In this document: positions 35,787 to 44,162 of the stretch, piece after piece
Position numbering within the stretch: position 1 is the first letter of the stretch
Layout of the letters: each line of letters begins with the position of its first letter
Source: an uncultured Candidatus Saccharibacteria bacterium
Lineage (GTDB): Bacteria > Patescibacteriota > UBA1384 > CAJBMM01
DNA length: 55,079 bases
Direction: 5' to 3'
Assembly (NCBI GenBank): GCA_964561525.1
Contig: CAZLPY010000001.1
Coordinates: 1-55,079, forward strand
The notes under the pieces: generated by a model
What the model was told of the DNA's origin: nothing
What the model saw: the letters and a program-made list of their open reading frames with translations, nothing else
Databases searched by the model: none
Program-made: the position numbers and the translations under genes

Positions 35787-36399
35787 GGCGCATGTACTCC
35801 TTTACTAACTGGTTAAATTTTTTCTGTTCGGTTTCAGGCATCTCATCAAAATCAATCCGCAGCTCTTCAATCAGTGGCTGAATTTCCTCGAACTGAATAC
35901 CGCGAAACCGGCTGGTACGAAAATAGAGCAAGTCAAACAGAGCTTTGGCTGGAGAAGCGATAAAGAAATCAAACTCTCCCGACACCAGCGAAAAATCAGT
36001 AAACAGTCTCTTATCTATTGACTGATAGCTAAACGTGCCAGCCTTTGTCTGATATTCCCGAGTGACCTTTGGGGTTATAGAGGTAATGCCGTAAATAGCT
36101 TCGGTGGCCAGATTGTAGTACTGCAGGGCTGCCCATGAGCTGACATAGGAAGGAGTACGGATAATATTAGCTAAATAAAACCGGTAGGCGTTATTACTCT
36201 TGTGTTTGCTATAAAAATCAGACGAGACGTACAAACCCTTTTTTAAGGGGATTATTTCCTTACCGCGCAAAAACCGGCTGATGTAGGTATCAACGCTAGC
36301 AGAGGTCAAGCCCAACTGTTCTCCAAGCTGACGAATAGTCTGCTTAGTGAAATGGGGTAGAGTCTCAAGTTGAGTTAAGAGGTTATTACTACTTTTCAT
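35779..36399 (-). CDS. AbiEi-family antitoxin/transcriptional regulator
   Basis: The N-terminal wHTH ends in IPLKKGLYV. It lies immediately upstream of, and overlaps, the AbiEii gene. Confidence 0.65.
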   Translation of the reverse strand: MKSSNNLLTQLETLPHFTKQTIRQLGEQLGLTSASVDTYISRFLRGKEIIPLKKGLYVSSDFYSKHKSNNAYRFYLANIIRTPSYVSSWAALQYYNLATEAIYGITSITPKVTREYQTKAGTFSYQSIDKRLFTDFSLVSGEFDFFIASPAKALFDLLYFRTSRFRGIQFEEIQPLIEELRIDFDEMPETEQKKFNQLVKEYMRHE

Positions 36400-36503
36400 A
36401 ATTATGACACTAATGTATCAAATGTGAAAAGTATTGTCAAGCCATTCTTAAACAATTCCTCATAACAGCTCAGCCTTCGGATGGAATTTTAATAGCCCGC
36501 CGG

Positions 36504-37880
36504 TTAGGGCGGGCTATTGGACGTGTCCTGAAGGAGCCTCTTAAGCTCCTCTTGAATTCGGACGCGAATGAAGCGAGGCAGTTTTGTAAGTTCTTCGTTA
36601 CCCACTGCCGGAGAGATGTGCGGGCGGACAAACGTATACCCGGAGGGCAACCACTCAAGCACACTGATCTCAGTTTCGGCCTCGAAGGCCAGAATGGCTT
36701 GGCGGTGCACTTCGGTCATATTCGCTCGCCGCTTGTGTCCTCTTACACGATGCGGAGTGCTAATCCGCGGATTTGCCAGAGGCGTCCTCGGTAAGACGGA
36801 CTGGCCGCTTCGAGAACTTCTGGGAATGTAAATCCAGCTGCTACCCTCACTTTCGGGCGGCCTGGTTGGTCCACCTGCTTCCGTCTCGTCCCCATTCCCA
36901 CGCCATATTGCTGTAGAAATCGGGATATCGACAGTAGTTACCAAATCGTGGTAGATCTGCACGGCGAGCCAATCAAAGAAGTCGATTGAGCCTCTGTCTT
37001 CATACTCCCGCTGAGAAGCATCAATCAAACTTGTGCTCCGAAGAGCGTCGTAGAGGTGAATGTACGACCCGCTGTCCAGCTCGATGCGGGCGAGAAGGTC
37101 ATGGGCGTTTGTATCCCAGATACTCCTCCTTGCTTTGAGAGTGACTGATGACACGCCAGGTAGTCCAGCGATTTTCACACAGGCACCCTCCGAGTCGACG
37201 GTGTACCGTTGGTTATAGTAGGCCGCCTCCATCAAGTCTTTGTTGCGAAGCGAGCTGGCTCTACCGCTCCACCTTTTATCCTGCAACACCGAGGCGTTAT
37301 GACAGTATTCGGGTTGTGGGATAAGGTCAACATCACTTTGGGCGATGTATTCTAGCGGCAGACTGTAGTAGTGAGCCAGTTCCACCAAGCGACGTGGTGA
37401 AGCCGGCTGAGATAGTTTTTTCCACGCGGGCTTGCTATAGCGAGTGCCGACCAGAGCCCGATATGGATCGCCGAGCAGAATCTGAATCATGGCAGTCACT
37501 TGGCTCATGATTGCTGACTGTTCGACGAGATTGTCGTAGAACTGCAGGTCCGAAGCAAAGTGCTTGAAGGCTGAAACGAGACTGTAGTAATTCTCTCGCT
37601 CGATCATCTTGACCAGGCCAACCACCTCGTCTCGGAATACCCGTTCGTAGGAAGGAGTAAGGTTGTCCGGATCGGAATCCGGGCCTACCTCGTTGGCTAA
37701 CGCCCCGTAGATTTGATACGCCCGGTTGACAACGTCTTGGTCACCTCTGGGCCTCAATGTGGGAGGCGCCTCATGAACCGTGATGCTGTCTGGCATTGGG
37801 CTTGCATACGCCCAGTTTTCACGCAGAGAATCCCATACCAAACCGGCGCAAACACGAATTACTCTTGGATCGCTCCACAT
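36504..37880 (-). CDS. hypothetical protein (458 aa), GC-richer cargo gene of E2
   Basis: AAGGAGAG lies upstream of the ATG. The C-terminal basic motif is STPHRVRGHKRRANMTEVHRQAILAFEAETEISVLEWLPSGYTFVRPH. I recognised no family. Its composition contrasts visibly with the AT-rich neighbours. Confidence 0.6.
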   Translation of the reverse strand: MWSDPRVIRVCAGLVWDSLRENWAYASPMPDSITVHEAPPTLRPRGDQDVVNRAYQIYGALANEVGPDSDPDNLTPSYERVFRDEVVGLVKMIERENYYSLVSAFKHFASDLQFYDNLVEQSAIMSQVTAMIQILLGDPYRALVGTRYSKPAWKKLSQPASPRRLVELAHYYSLPLEYIAQSDVDLIPQPEYCHNASVLQDKRWSGRASSLRNKDLMEAAYYNQRYTVDSEGACVKIAGLPGVSSVTLKARRSIWDTNAHDLLARIELDSGSYIHLYDALRSTSLIDASQREYEDRGSIDFFDWLAVQIYHDLVTTVDIPISTAIWRGNGDETEAGGPTRPPESEGSSWIYIPRSSRSGQSVLPRTPLANPRISTPHRVRGHKRRANMTEVHRQAILAFEAETEISVLEWLPSGYTFVRPHISPAVGNEELTKLPRFIRVRIQEELKRLLQDTSNSPP

Positions 37881-37904
37881 TGCTTATCTCTCCTTGTTAA
37901 GGTG

Positions 37905-37933
37905 TGTTTGCGAGAAAACATTTCTCACAAACA
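37905..37933. promoter_or_regulatory. candidate operator palindrome between divergent genes
   Basis: TGTTTGCGAGAAA-ACA-TTTCTCACAAACA. The arms are complementary at 12 of 13 positions. Confidence 0.35.
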
Positions 37934-38104
37934 ATCTGAGATCATAGCATATCCAGAGTAAATTGTCAAGTTCTGGTGGCTTCGCGCAGTCTTGATTACA
38001 CTTCTTCCCAAATCTCGTTCTGCACCTAGAAATTTCCTTCCTGATCTGGTATAAGTAAAAGACTCATCGTATTGATGAATCACTCGGTAAAAGGAGCTTA
38101 GATA

Positions 38105-38431
38105 ATGCGCGATTACGATCGAAAAACGCTCTCAGATATGATGGGCGTGGATTGGACTGCTGACGCAGTCAGCGGTGAGCCCGGTACATCAGCAATCTTT
38201 CGAGAGATAGTGACGGTGGTAGAACAAGTGATTCGAGAGGGTGCTCACAGCCTGATCAATGAGGGCCCCGTGCCGCTTGCCGAGCGAATTGTCTCTCATC
38301 TGGCTCGTACCTACCGCTTTTCGCCATCTCCGCTTGAAGTGACCACCGCTGAGCGAGAAAAAGACACGGTTATTGGCACATTTGTGTGGATTGGACGAGC
38401 ATATCATTTCACTGCAACACCTTCAAAGTGA
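38105..38431 (+). CDS. hypothetical protein (108 aa)
   Basis: AAAGGAG lies 7 nt upstream of the ATG, and a terminator follows. I recognised no family. Confidence 0.55.
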   Translation: MRDYDRKTLSDMMGVDWTADAVSGEPGTSAIFREIVTVVEQVIREGAHSLINEGPVPLAERIVSHLARTYRFSPSPLEVTTAEREKDTVIGTFVWIGRAYHFTATPSK

Positions 38432-38476
38432 GAATGTGCGATCCATCAAACGAATCAATCTCCACATCGGATTCTT

Positions 38477-38514
38477 GGGGTGACCACTGTGTATAGTGGT
38501 CACCCTTCTTCATT
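38477..38514 (+). terminator. rho-independent terminator, possibly bidirectional
   Basis: GGGGTGACCACT pairs with AGTGGTCACCC, followed by TTCTTCATT. Confidence 0.55.
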
Positions 38515-39296
38515 CAAATTTCTTCCCAAATCTCACTCATCACACCCTCTGCTTTCACCGACTCCTGAGTAGCAAACCAGAGCCGTAAATCATTCAACAC
38601 GTCATTCTCCTCTTTAAGTTTCTTCACATACCGTTTGGCATAAATAAGCGTGGGCTTGTCTGGACAAACAAATAGGAGAGTTGGAAAATCGTTCTGTGTC
38701 TCGGCCTCCCAGGTACCGCTTTCGGCAAACTCAACGTACTCGCGGATGCGTTTGCGGATAGAGTACTTGGGCAGGGTAGGCGAAAAAGCCTCGAGCAAAT
38801 ATGCCACTGCCTTCTTGCCTTTTTCTTTCACCAGAACCAGATTTGGCCGGAGCTCCGAGAGGAACTGGAACTTCGAGCCATCCATCAAGATTTGTGCCTC
38901 GGTGTGAACCCACCAGACGAGCGCGTGCTGGGTCTCATTTTCCGTAAACGATAGGGCAATATCTCCCAGCAGAACCCGCTGCTGGATAAAGGCGTCGCTT
39001 CGGGTATCCTCCTTGTAGCGCTTTCTTAACTCTGACCCTTCGATTCCTAGCGACTTCACATACCTGATGCCATTTGACCCAATATAGTAAATAGCCGGCT
39101 TGGTGTTCTCGCTAAACCCCCTGGAATAGATGCGTTTGAGATATTGTTTCTCGACTAGGTCAGGGAGCCAGATGTTGATAGTTTTCTTGTTTTTGTGGCG
39201 TAAAAAGGCTTGGATCTGAATGCGGTTGAGAAAGCGGTAATAGTAAATAAGGATAAGGATTGCCTGTTGTTGTTTGGTAATTGGTGGAAGGTTCAT
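38514..39296 (-). CDS. replication-relaxation family protein
   Basis: The N-terminal wHTH pattern ITKQQQAILILIYYYRFLNRIQIQAFL is typical of the Replic_Relax family. It is adjacent to the coupling-protein-like ATPase. Confidence 0.6.
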   Translation of the reverse strand: MNLPPITKQQQAILILIYYYRFLNRIQIQAFLRHKNKKTINIWLPDLVEKQYLKRIYSRGFSENTKPAIYYIGSNGIRYVKSLGIEGSELRKRYKEDTRSDAFIQQRVLLGDIALSFTENETQHALVWWVHTEAQILMDGSKFQFLSELRPNLVLVKEKGKKAVAYLLEAFSPTLPKYSIRKRIREYVEFAESGTWEAETQNDFPTLLFVCPDKPTLIYAKRYVKKLKEENDVLNDLRLWFATQESVKAEGVMSEIWEEI

Positions 39297-39438
39297 AAGG
39301 TGTCCGGTGTATGTGGTGGTATGTGGTGCTTTTTGCCAACCCCTCCTACTCCGATATAGTTAAGGGTAGGTGATACAATATTTTCATATCTGATCTGAAA
39401 CAGCAAGATATTTTGCCATCGCTCGTGATGGCAAAACT

Positions 39439-42330
39439 CTACCTCTTAATTCGCTGCTTTTTGGCCACTGTTTTCTTGAGTGTAGCCGGCTTTGCGGGGG
39501 TTGTTTGGCTAGCTCCAGATGAGCTTGTTGCAGTGAGTAGTTGACCCATCTGCTCCTCAATTAGTTCCCTTGGTGTGGCATAGTTTTTACGTGACTGGTC
39601 AATGATCTTTTCCGCCAGCTTGCTACTGCCCGGCTCAGAGATCGGAATGGTCTCCCCACTAAAACTGTCCTCGCTTACGCCGCTTGTTACTTTCATCAAG
39701 AACCGGTAGGGCGGCAGATTAACAATTTCGCCCTTTTCTACTTCTGGTTTCATGAACGGCAAGACAAAGGCTTCATCATCCGGGCCGGTTTTGAGGGAGA
39801 TTAAGGTACCGGCATTGCCAGAAATAACGCTGGTGATTTTACTGTCATCAATTTGGGCAATACTCTGGTGAGTAGGGATAAAGAAGACATGAAACTTGCG
39901 TGACTCAGAGAAGAGGCTGGTGAAGTGCGGCGTGGCAAAGTTCTGAAACTCGTCGATGTATACAAAGAAATCCTTGCGCTTCTCTTCCGGCATCCGAGCT
40001 CTGGCATAGGTGGCCAGTTGAATAAGAGAGACGATAACGGTGCCAAAGAAAGCGCTGCGCTCTTCTCCCAACTCTCCTTTGGAGAGGTTGACCAGCACAA
40101 TCTTGCCCTTATCCATTGCTTCGGCAATATTGACCGTACTCTCACTTTGCAACAGGATTCGTCTAGATAAAGGTGAAGTGAAGAACTCACCGAGCTTGTT
40201 CGTTAAGGGAGAGATAGCTTCAGCCTGCTGCATGGAGCCGAAGAGGGCAAATTCTTTGAGCCAGAATTGCTTGAGAATGGGGTCTTTGAGCCTAGTGGCA
40301 ACCTTCGTGCGATAGTTTTTGTCGGTTAGGAGCCGCTGCACGGTAAAGAGAGAAACATCTGGCTCATCCGAAGCCAAAGCTGTAAGCACTGCGTTTCTCA
40401 AAATATGCTCCATCCGCTGACCCCAGCGCTCTTTTGGGGTGATTTTCATAAACACCGACATCACAGAGCCAGTAATCCATTCATCCTCTTCCTCTTTGTC
40501 CGCAAAATGAATACCGGGATTAAGAATATTTAAGCCAACCGGAAAGTCTTTATCGGCTGGGTTAATGTAGATCACATCTTTGCGGCGGCTTTCTGGGATT
40601 AACGTCAGCAGCCTCTTCACCAAATCGCCATGTGGGTCAATCACTACCAACCCCTTGCCTTTGGCCATATCCTGCAAAGCCATTCCGGCAATGATGGTCG
40701 ATTTACCCATACCGGTCTTACCCACAATGTAGGTATGCTGGTGGCGCTGCTCGGCAGTTAAGCCAACGGGGATCTTCTCCCCACCATAGATATTCGTGCC
40801 TACTACGACATCCAACACATCTTCGTTACGCTTTTGCGAGAGCGGAGCCGGCAGGTCGCGGCTCTTAGCGGTAACCAGACCTTCCGTTTTGGTTGTTCCG
40901 GCGTAGGGGAAGTGGTAGAGATCGGTGAGTTCGGAGGGAGTAAGAATTAAATTAGTAAAGGTGGAGAGCCGGCGCTCAATAAACCGTGACCACAGAGGGG
41001 TAATGTCTGGAGAGATTTTCTTGAAGTCAAGCGATTGGTAGGGAGTCGCAAATAGCCCCACCGAGGCCATGAAGCCATGCAAGCGCTCACGTACCGTCTC
41101 TGAATCATTCCCAATAATAAGAAGTCTTGCAGAGGCTTCAAAAAGTGATTGGTCGATCTTTTCTTTTACTTGAGCTTGAAGATCGAGTTCGTAGGTATTA
41201 AGTTCCGGTCTAGGGGCTTTAGCGTAAGAAGAGGTAGATTTAATGTGGCTATCAAAGAGATGCCACCAGAGGTTAGCAAATAACTCGGCAGTCGCAGTCA
41301 GAATGCGCGTTACGACAATTAGGATAAACATTGGCACATCGATGGCTTGCTGCAGAGGAGTTTTAAATAATTCACTAGCTAATGGTTCAGCTTTAGCAAT
41401 CTTTCGCTTAATTCTCTCAAGGTGTTTGATTACTTTCCTGTGGCTGCGATTGACCGGTGAGACTACTACCTGAAAAGCCATTTGCTCACCTTTTTGTAGT
41501 TTGGTCATGTTGCCGGCAAGGTAAGCAATCGGGTCGTGTTCAGCGAGCGTCTTTTGAGTAGTGAGCGGCAGCACGAAGTCACTGGCCAATTTCAACTCAA
41601 CGATTCTTGCTTTCTGCTCATCTGCTTTCTTTTTCTCGAGCACATAGTCTTTCGCTGGTCGGATACTCAAGCCTGGGACATATGAGAGGAGACCTTTCTC
41701 AAGGATGTGCGCATCTACTTTCGGGACGGCAATGACGTATTTAATCCCGTGCTCGCGGGTAGCCACTAATTCAAGCGAATACCGCTTCTTATGCCCGAGG
41801 AACCGGTGCACGAAACTACGCTGGGCAGCTAAGGCATGCAGCAGGGTAAAAAATTGCTCAGTAGCATAGGCCGACTTGCTGGTGGAAGTAGGCACTGTGG
41901 CTTCTAAGAATACTAACGGCTCACGCCGTGCTAGCCGCAAGCGAATAAATTGCCGGGCAAAGAAGTAAATCAGCCAGAGAGCAATGAGGCCAAGCAGTAT
42001 AAAGATGACCGGGGTAATACTGAACTGGTATAGAAAGGCAAAAACCGCCAGCTTCCAGGAGAATGGCCCGGGAAAGAAGGCGGCGACAAAGATAAAGGTT
42101 TTTTGAAAGAAGGTAAGTGCCGTGTGATTATGTAGTGCCAACAAGAGGTCTCTGGCAAATTGGCCACCGGCATCGCTGTCCGGAAACGTCTTCGCAATTT
42201 TATCCAGCAACTCTGGTGTCAGCAGCGTGTAATCGATTGAAGATTTGAGGGGTTGGATTGGTGGGATTGAGCTGGGCACGACAAGCCCTTTCTCCCTCCG
42301 TTTATCGCCTGGCAGAAATAAGCTTTCCAA
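39439..42330 (-). CDS. type IV coupling protein-like / TraD-VirD4-FtsK-HerA-type membrane ATPase
   Basis: N-terminal TM helices, Walker A IVGKTGMGKST and Walker B FFVYIDEFQNF. The track ORF begins with TTG and there is no SD sequence, so the start is uncertain. Confidence 0.65.
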   Translation of the reverse strand: MESLFLPGDKRREKGLVVPSSIPPIQPLKSSIDYTLLTPELLDKIAKTFPDSDAGGQFARDLLLALHNHTALTFFQKTFIFVAAFFPGPFSWKLAVFAFLYQFSITPVIFILLGLIALWLIYFFARQFIRLRLARREPLVFLEATVPTSTSKSAYATEQFFTLLHALAAQRSFVHRFLGHKKRYSLELVATREHGIKYVIAVPKVDAHILEKGLLSYVPGLSIRPAKDYVLEKKKADEQKARIVELKLASDFVLPLTTQKTLAEHDPIAYLAGNMTKLQKGEQMAFQVVVSPVNRSHRKVIKHLERIKRKIAKAEPLASELFKTPLQQAIDVPMFILIVVTRILTATAELFANLWWHLFDSHIKSTSSYAKAPRPELNTYELDLQAQVKEKIDQSLFEASARLLIIGNDSETVRERLHGFMASVGLFATPYQSLDFKKISPDITPLWSRFIERRLSTFTNLILTPSELTDLYHFPYAGTTKTEGLVTAKSRDLPAPLSQKRNEDVLDVVVGTNIYGGEKIPVGLTAEQRHQHTYIVGKTGMGKSTIIAGMALQDMAKGKGLVVIDPHGDLVKRLLTLIPESRRKDVIYINPADKDFPVGLNILNPGIHFADKEEEDEWITGSVMSVFMKITPKERWGQRMEHILRNAVLTALASDEPDVSLFTVQRLLTDKNYRTKVATRLKDPILKQFWLKEFALFGSMQQAEAISPLTNKLGEFFTSPLSRRILLQSESTVNIAEAMDKGKIVLVNLSKGELGEERSAFFGTVIVSLIQLATYARARMPEEKRKDFFVYIDEFQNFATPHFTSLFSESRKFHVFFIPTHQSIAQIDDSKITSVISGNAGTLISLKTGPDDEAFVLPFMKPEVEKGEIVNLPPYRFLMKVTSGVSEDSFSGETIPISEPGSSKLAEKIIDQSRKNYATPRELIEEQMGQLLTATSSSGASQTTPAKPATLKKTVAKKQRIKR

Positions 42331-42415
42331 GCGTTATTTATGGCTCTGGTATATCAGATTTACAGATAAGGTGCAATCTAATACAAAAAGGTCATTTGGG
42401 AAGAGAGATAATTCT

Positions 42416-42451
42416 ATGAAAAAGGGCGACCACAAGACTAAGTGGTCGCCC
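42416..42451 (-). terminator. rho-independent terminator
   Basis: GGGCGACCAC pairs with GTGGTCGCCC. On the minus strand it is followed by TTTTTCAT. Confidence 0.6.
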
Positions 42452-42480
42452 GAAGGTCAACAATGCAACTTCCGCTCGAA

Positions 42481-42885
42481 TTACTCCGACGGTATCTCCA
42501 TGACGTGCCCCTTGTGATTGTGTGGTCGGCAGAAAAGCCGAATCCTCGGACTTTGGAAGCAGTACAGCCTGTTCGCATTCACCATCACCACACTTCCCTC
42601 AACGGTATAGGCATAATCTTCGGTGCGATCGACGCGGAACACCTGCACGCCCAGTCTGGTTTTCGGATTATCCTCGTGATTCCCGGGAATATCCTCGGAT
42701 TTATATTCGGTTTTCCGCCTAGAACTGATGGCGAAGTTTGCCAGATGGAGCATACTAGGTTCCGAGAAAGTTCCACTGGTCAATGATTGGCAAATCTCAA
42801 GCAGAGAAGGACAGCACTCAATTACATGCTGATCCGCCTCCAGGATGATCTTGCGACCTCGTCCGAAATCAAACACGAGTTCCAT
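42481..42885 (-). CDS. hypothetical protein (134 aa)
   Basis: GAGGAG lies 6 nt upstream of the ATG, and a minus-strand terminator lies downstream. I prefer this over the overlapping plus-strand ORF 42442..42786. Confidence 0.55.
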   Translation of the reverse strand: MELVFDFGRGRKIILEADQHVIECCPSLLEICQSLTSGTFSEPSMLHLANFAISSRRKTEYKSEDIPGNHEDNPKTRLGVQVFRVDRTEDYAYTVEGSVVMVNANRLYCFQSPRIRLFCRPHNHKGHVMEIPSE

Positions 42886-42930
42886 GTTAAGCTCCTCAGC
42901 TAGAATTAGCCCAATCAGGTGTCTCTGGAG

Positions 42931-43401
42931 TTATTCTCTCCATTGCACATCTTGCTTGGGCGGTGGCTCAGAGATAGACCCTGCTGCCACGGGGCGGGAG
43001 ATGAGGGGGAAATATCGTACTTTGCCTTCCTCTTCAAACCCTTCCACGCGACACCAGGAGAGAACAGCTTTCGCATCAATTTGGGCTCGCAGCTTCTCGA
43101 GGCTGTCCTCGAATAGTTCTAGAACCGTCTCGACATCACTTTCCGAGAAGCTACAATCGAGCGGATCCTGATACCACAGCCCCCAGGTGCCTGTGCCGTT
43201 CGGTCTACGGTTATTCACCCGCACAATCCAGTGGAGTTGGTCGGGCGGAAGATGAGCGAAGCAAGTGGGTCGTGCCAACCATCGGTATTGATGATCGTGG
43301 TTGACTGGCTGAGCCGCCAAGACGCGATTTGTTTCATGCGGATACCCTTCATCGGTCAGCTGAAAGAAGGGCAGAATATATTGGCCTAGAAATTGTCTCA
43401 C
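42931..43401 (-). CDS. hypothetical protein (156 aa)
   Basis: GTG start lies 6 nt after AAGGAG. I recognised no family. Confidence 0.55.
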   Translation of the reverse strand: MRQFLGQYILPFFQLTDEGYPHETNRVLAAQPVNHDHQYRWLARPTCFAHLPPDQLHWIVRVNNRRPNGTGTWGLWYQDPLDCSFSESDVETVLELFEDSLEKLRAQIDAKAVLSWCRVEGFEEEGKVRYFPLISRPVAAGSISEPPPKQDVQWRE

Positions 43402-43811
43402 CGTCTTCTCCTTCTGGGATGCTTATCCCAGATATGTTGCGTTGAGGCTCTTGAGATCCATCTGGTCGTAGATGATCACGCAATCCTCCAAAAACGGATG
43501 ATTGTAGGCTGTCTCTGTCTGGCCCTCCCTTTCAGGGGTTTCGAATTGTTAAATCAATGCGCCTCTCACCGAAGCGAGAAGTTGTTAAGTTATATCATTT
43601 ATCAGGTTAAATGTCAATATTTTAACCTCTGGAAGGAGCTTTTGAATCTCTTAAATAGCTCTTGTTTGATCGTATTCTCCTCGTTTTCCGACGAGCAGAT
43701 AAGAGGTATTTAAGAGGGTCGGAAGCGAGTGTTCACAGTTGGAAACCACCCTCTTGACATTATCATTATAACCATAATATACTATGGATATATCAATAAT
43801 AAGGAGAGTAT

Positions 43812-44162
43812 ATGAGCACTACTCAACTGTCATATTTGGGGCCGCAAACCGCCTTTAGCGCAGAGAATGATGGTGTTCGAACTGACTTCCAGAAGCCTGC
43901 CAAACCGGACACTTTTAAAGACCTGGTAATTGACGCGGCTCGTACTTCCGATGCCTTTCGTTCGATTATTCCCACAGCCCAGGAAGAAGGCCGCATTGCT
44001 AAAACCAGGCGGGTGATGGGGGATGACGTGAAAGACCTGTCTGACGAGCAACTTGAGGTATTTCTGACTGAATTCAATTTTCTGCTTGACTGCTGGCTCG
44101 ACCAGTACGAGCAGGAAGTGTTTGACGGCAAAACTTTACAACAAATCTTGCGGGAGGGCTAA
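43812..44162 (+). CDS. hypothetical protein (116 aa) abutting the E2 recombinase; candidate accessory/directionality factor
   Basis: AAGGAGAG lies upstream of the ATG. The stop TAA abuts the recombinase ATG (TAAATG). The C-terminus LSDEQLEVFLTEFNFLLDCWLDQYEQE resembles the E1 small ORF. Confidence 0.6.
   Translation: MSTTQLSYLGPQTAFSAENDGVRTDFQKPAKPDTFKDLVIDAARTSDAFRSIIPTAQEEGRIAKTRRVMGDDVKDLSDEQLEVFLTEFNFLLDCWLDQYEQEVFDGKTLQQILREG

Noticed and set aside
42442-42786. 114-aa plus-strand ORF opposite 42481..42885
   Set aside because: The minus-strand ORF has GAGGAG 6 nt before its ATG and a minus-oriented terminator downstream. The plus-strand ORF starts inside that terminator hairpin and has no SD sequence.
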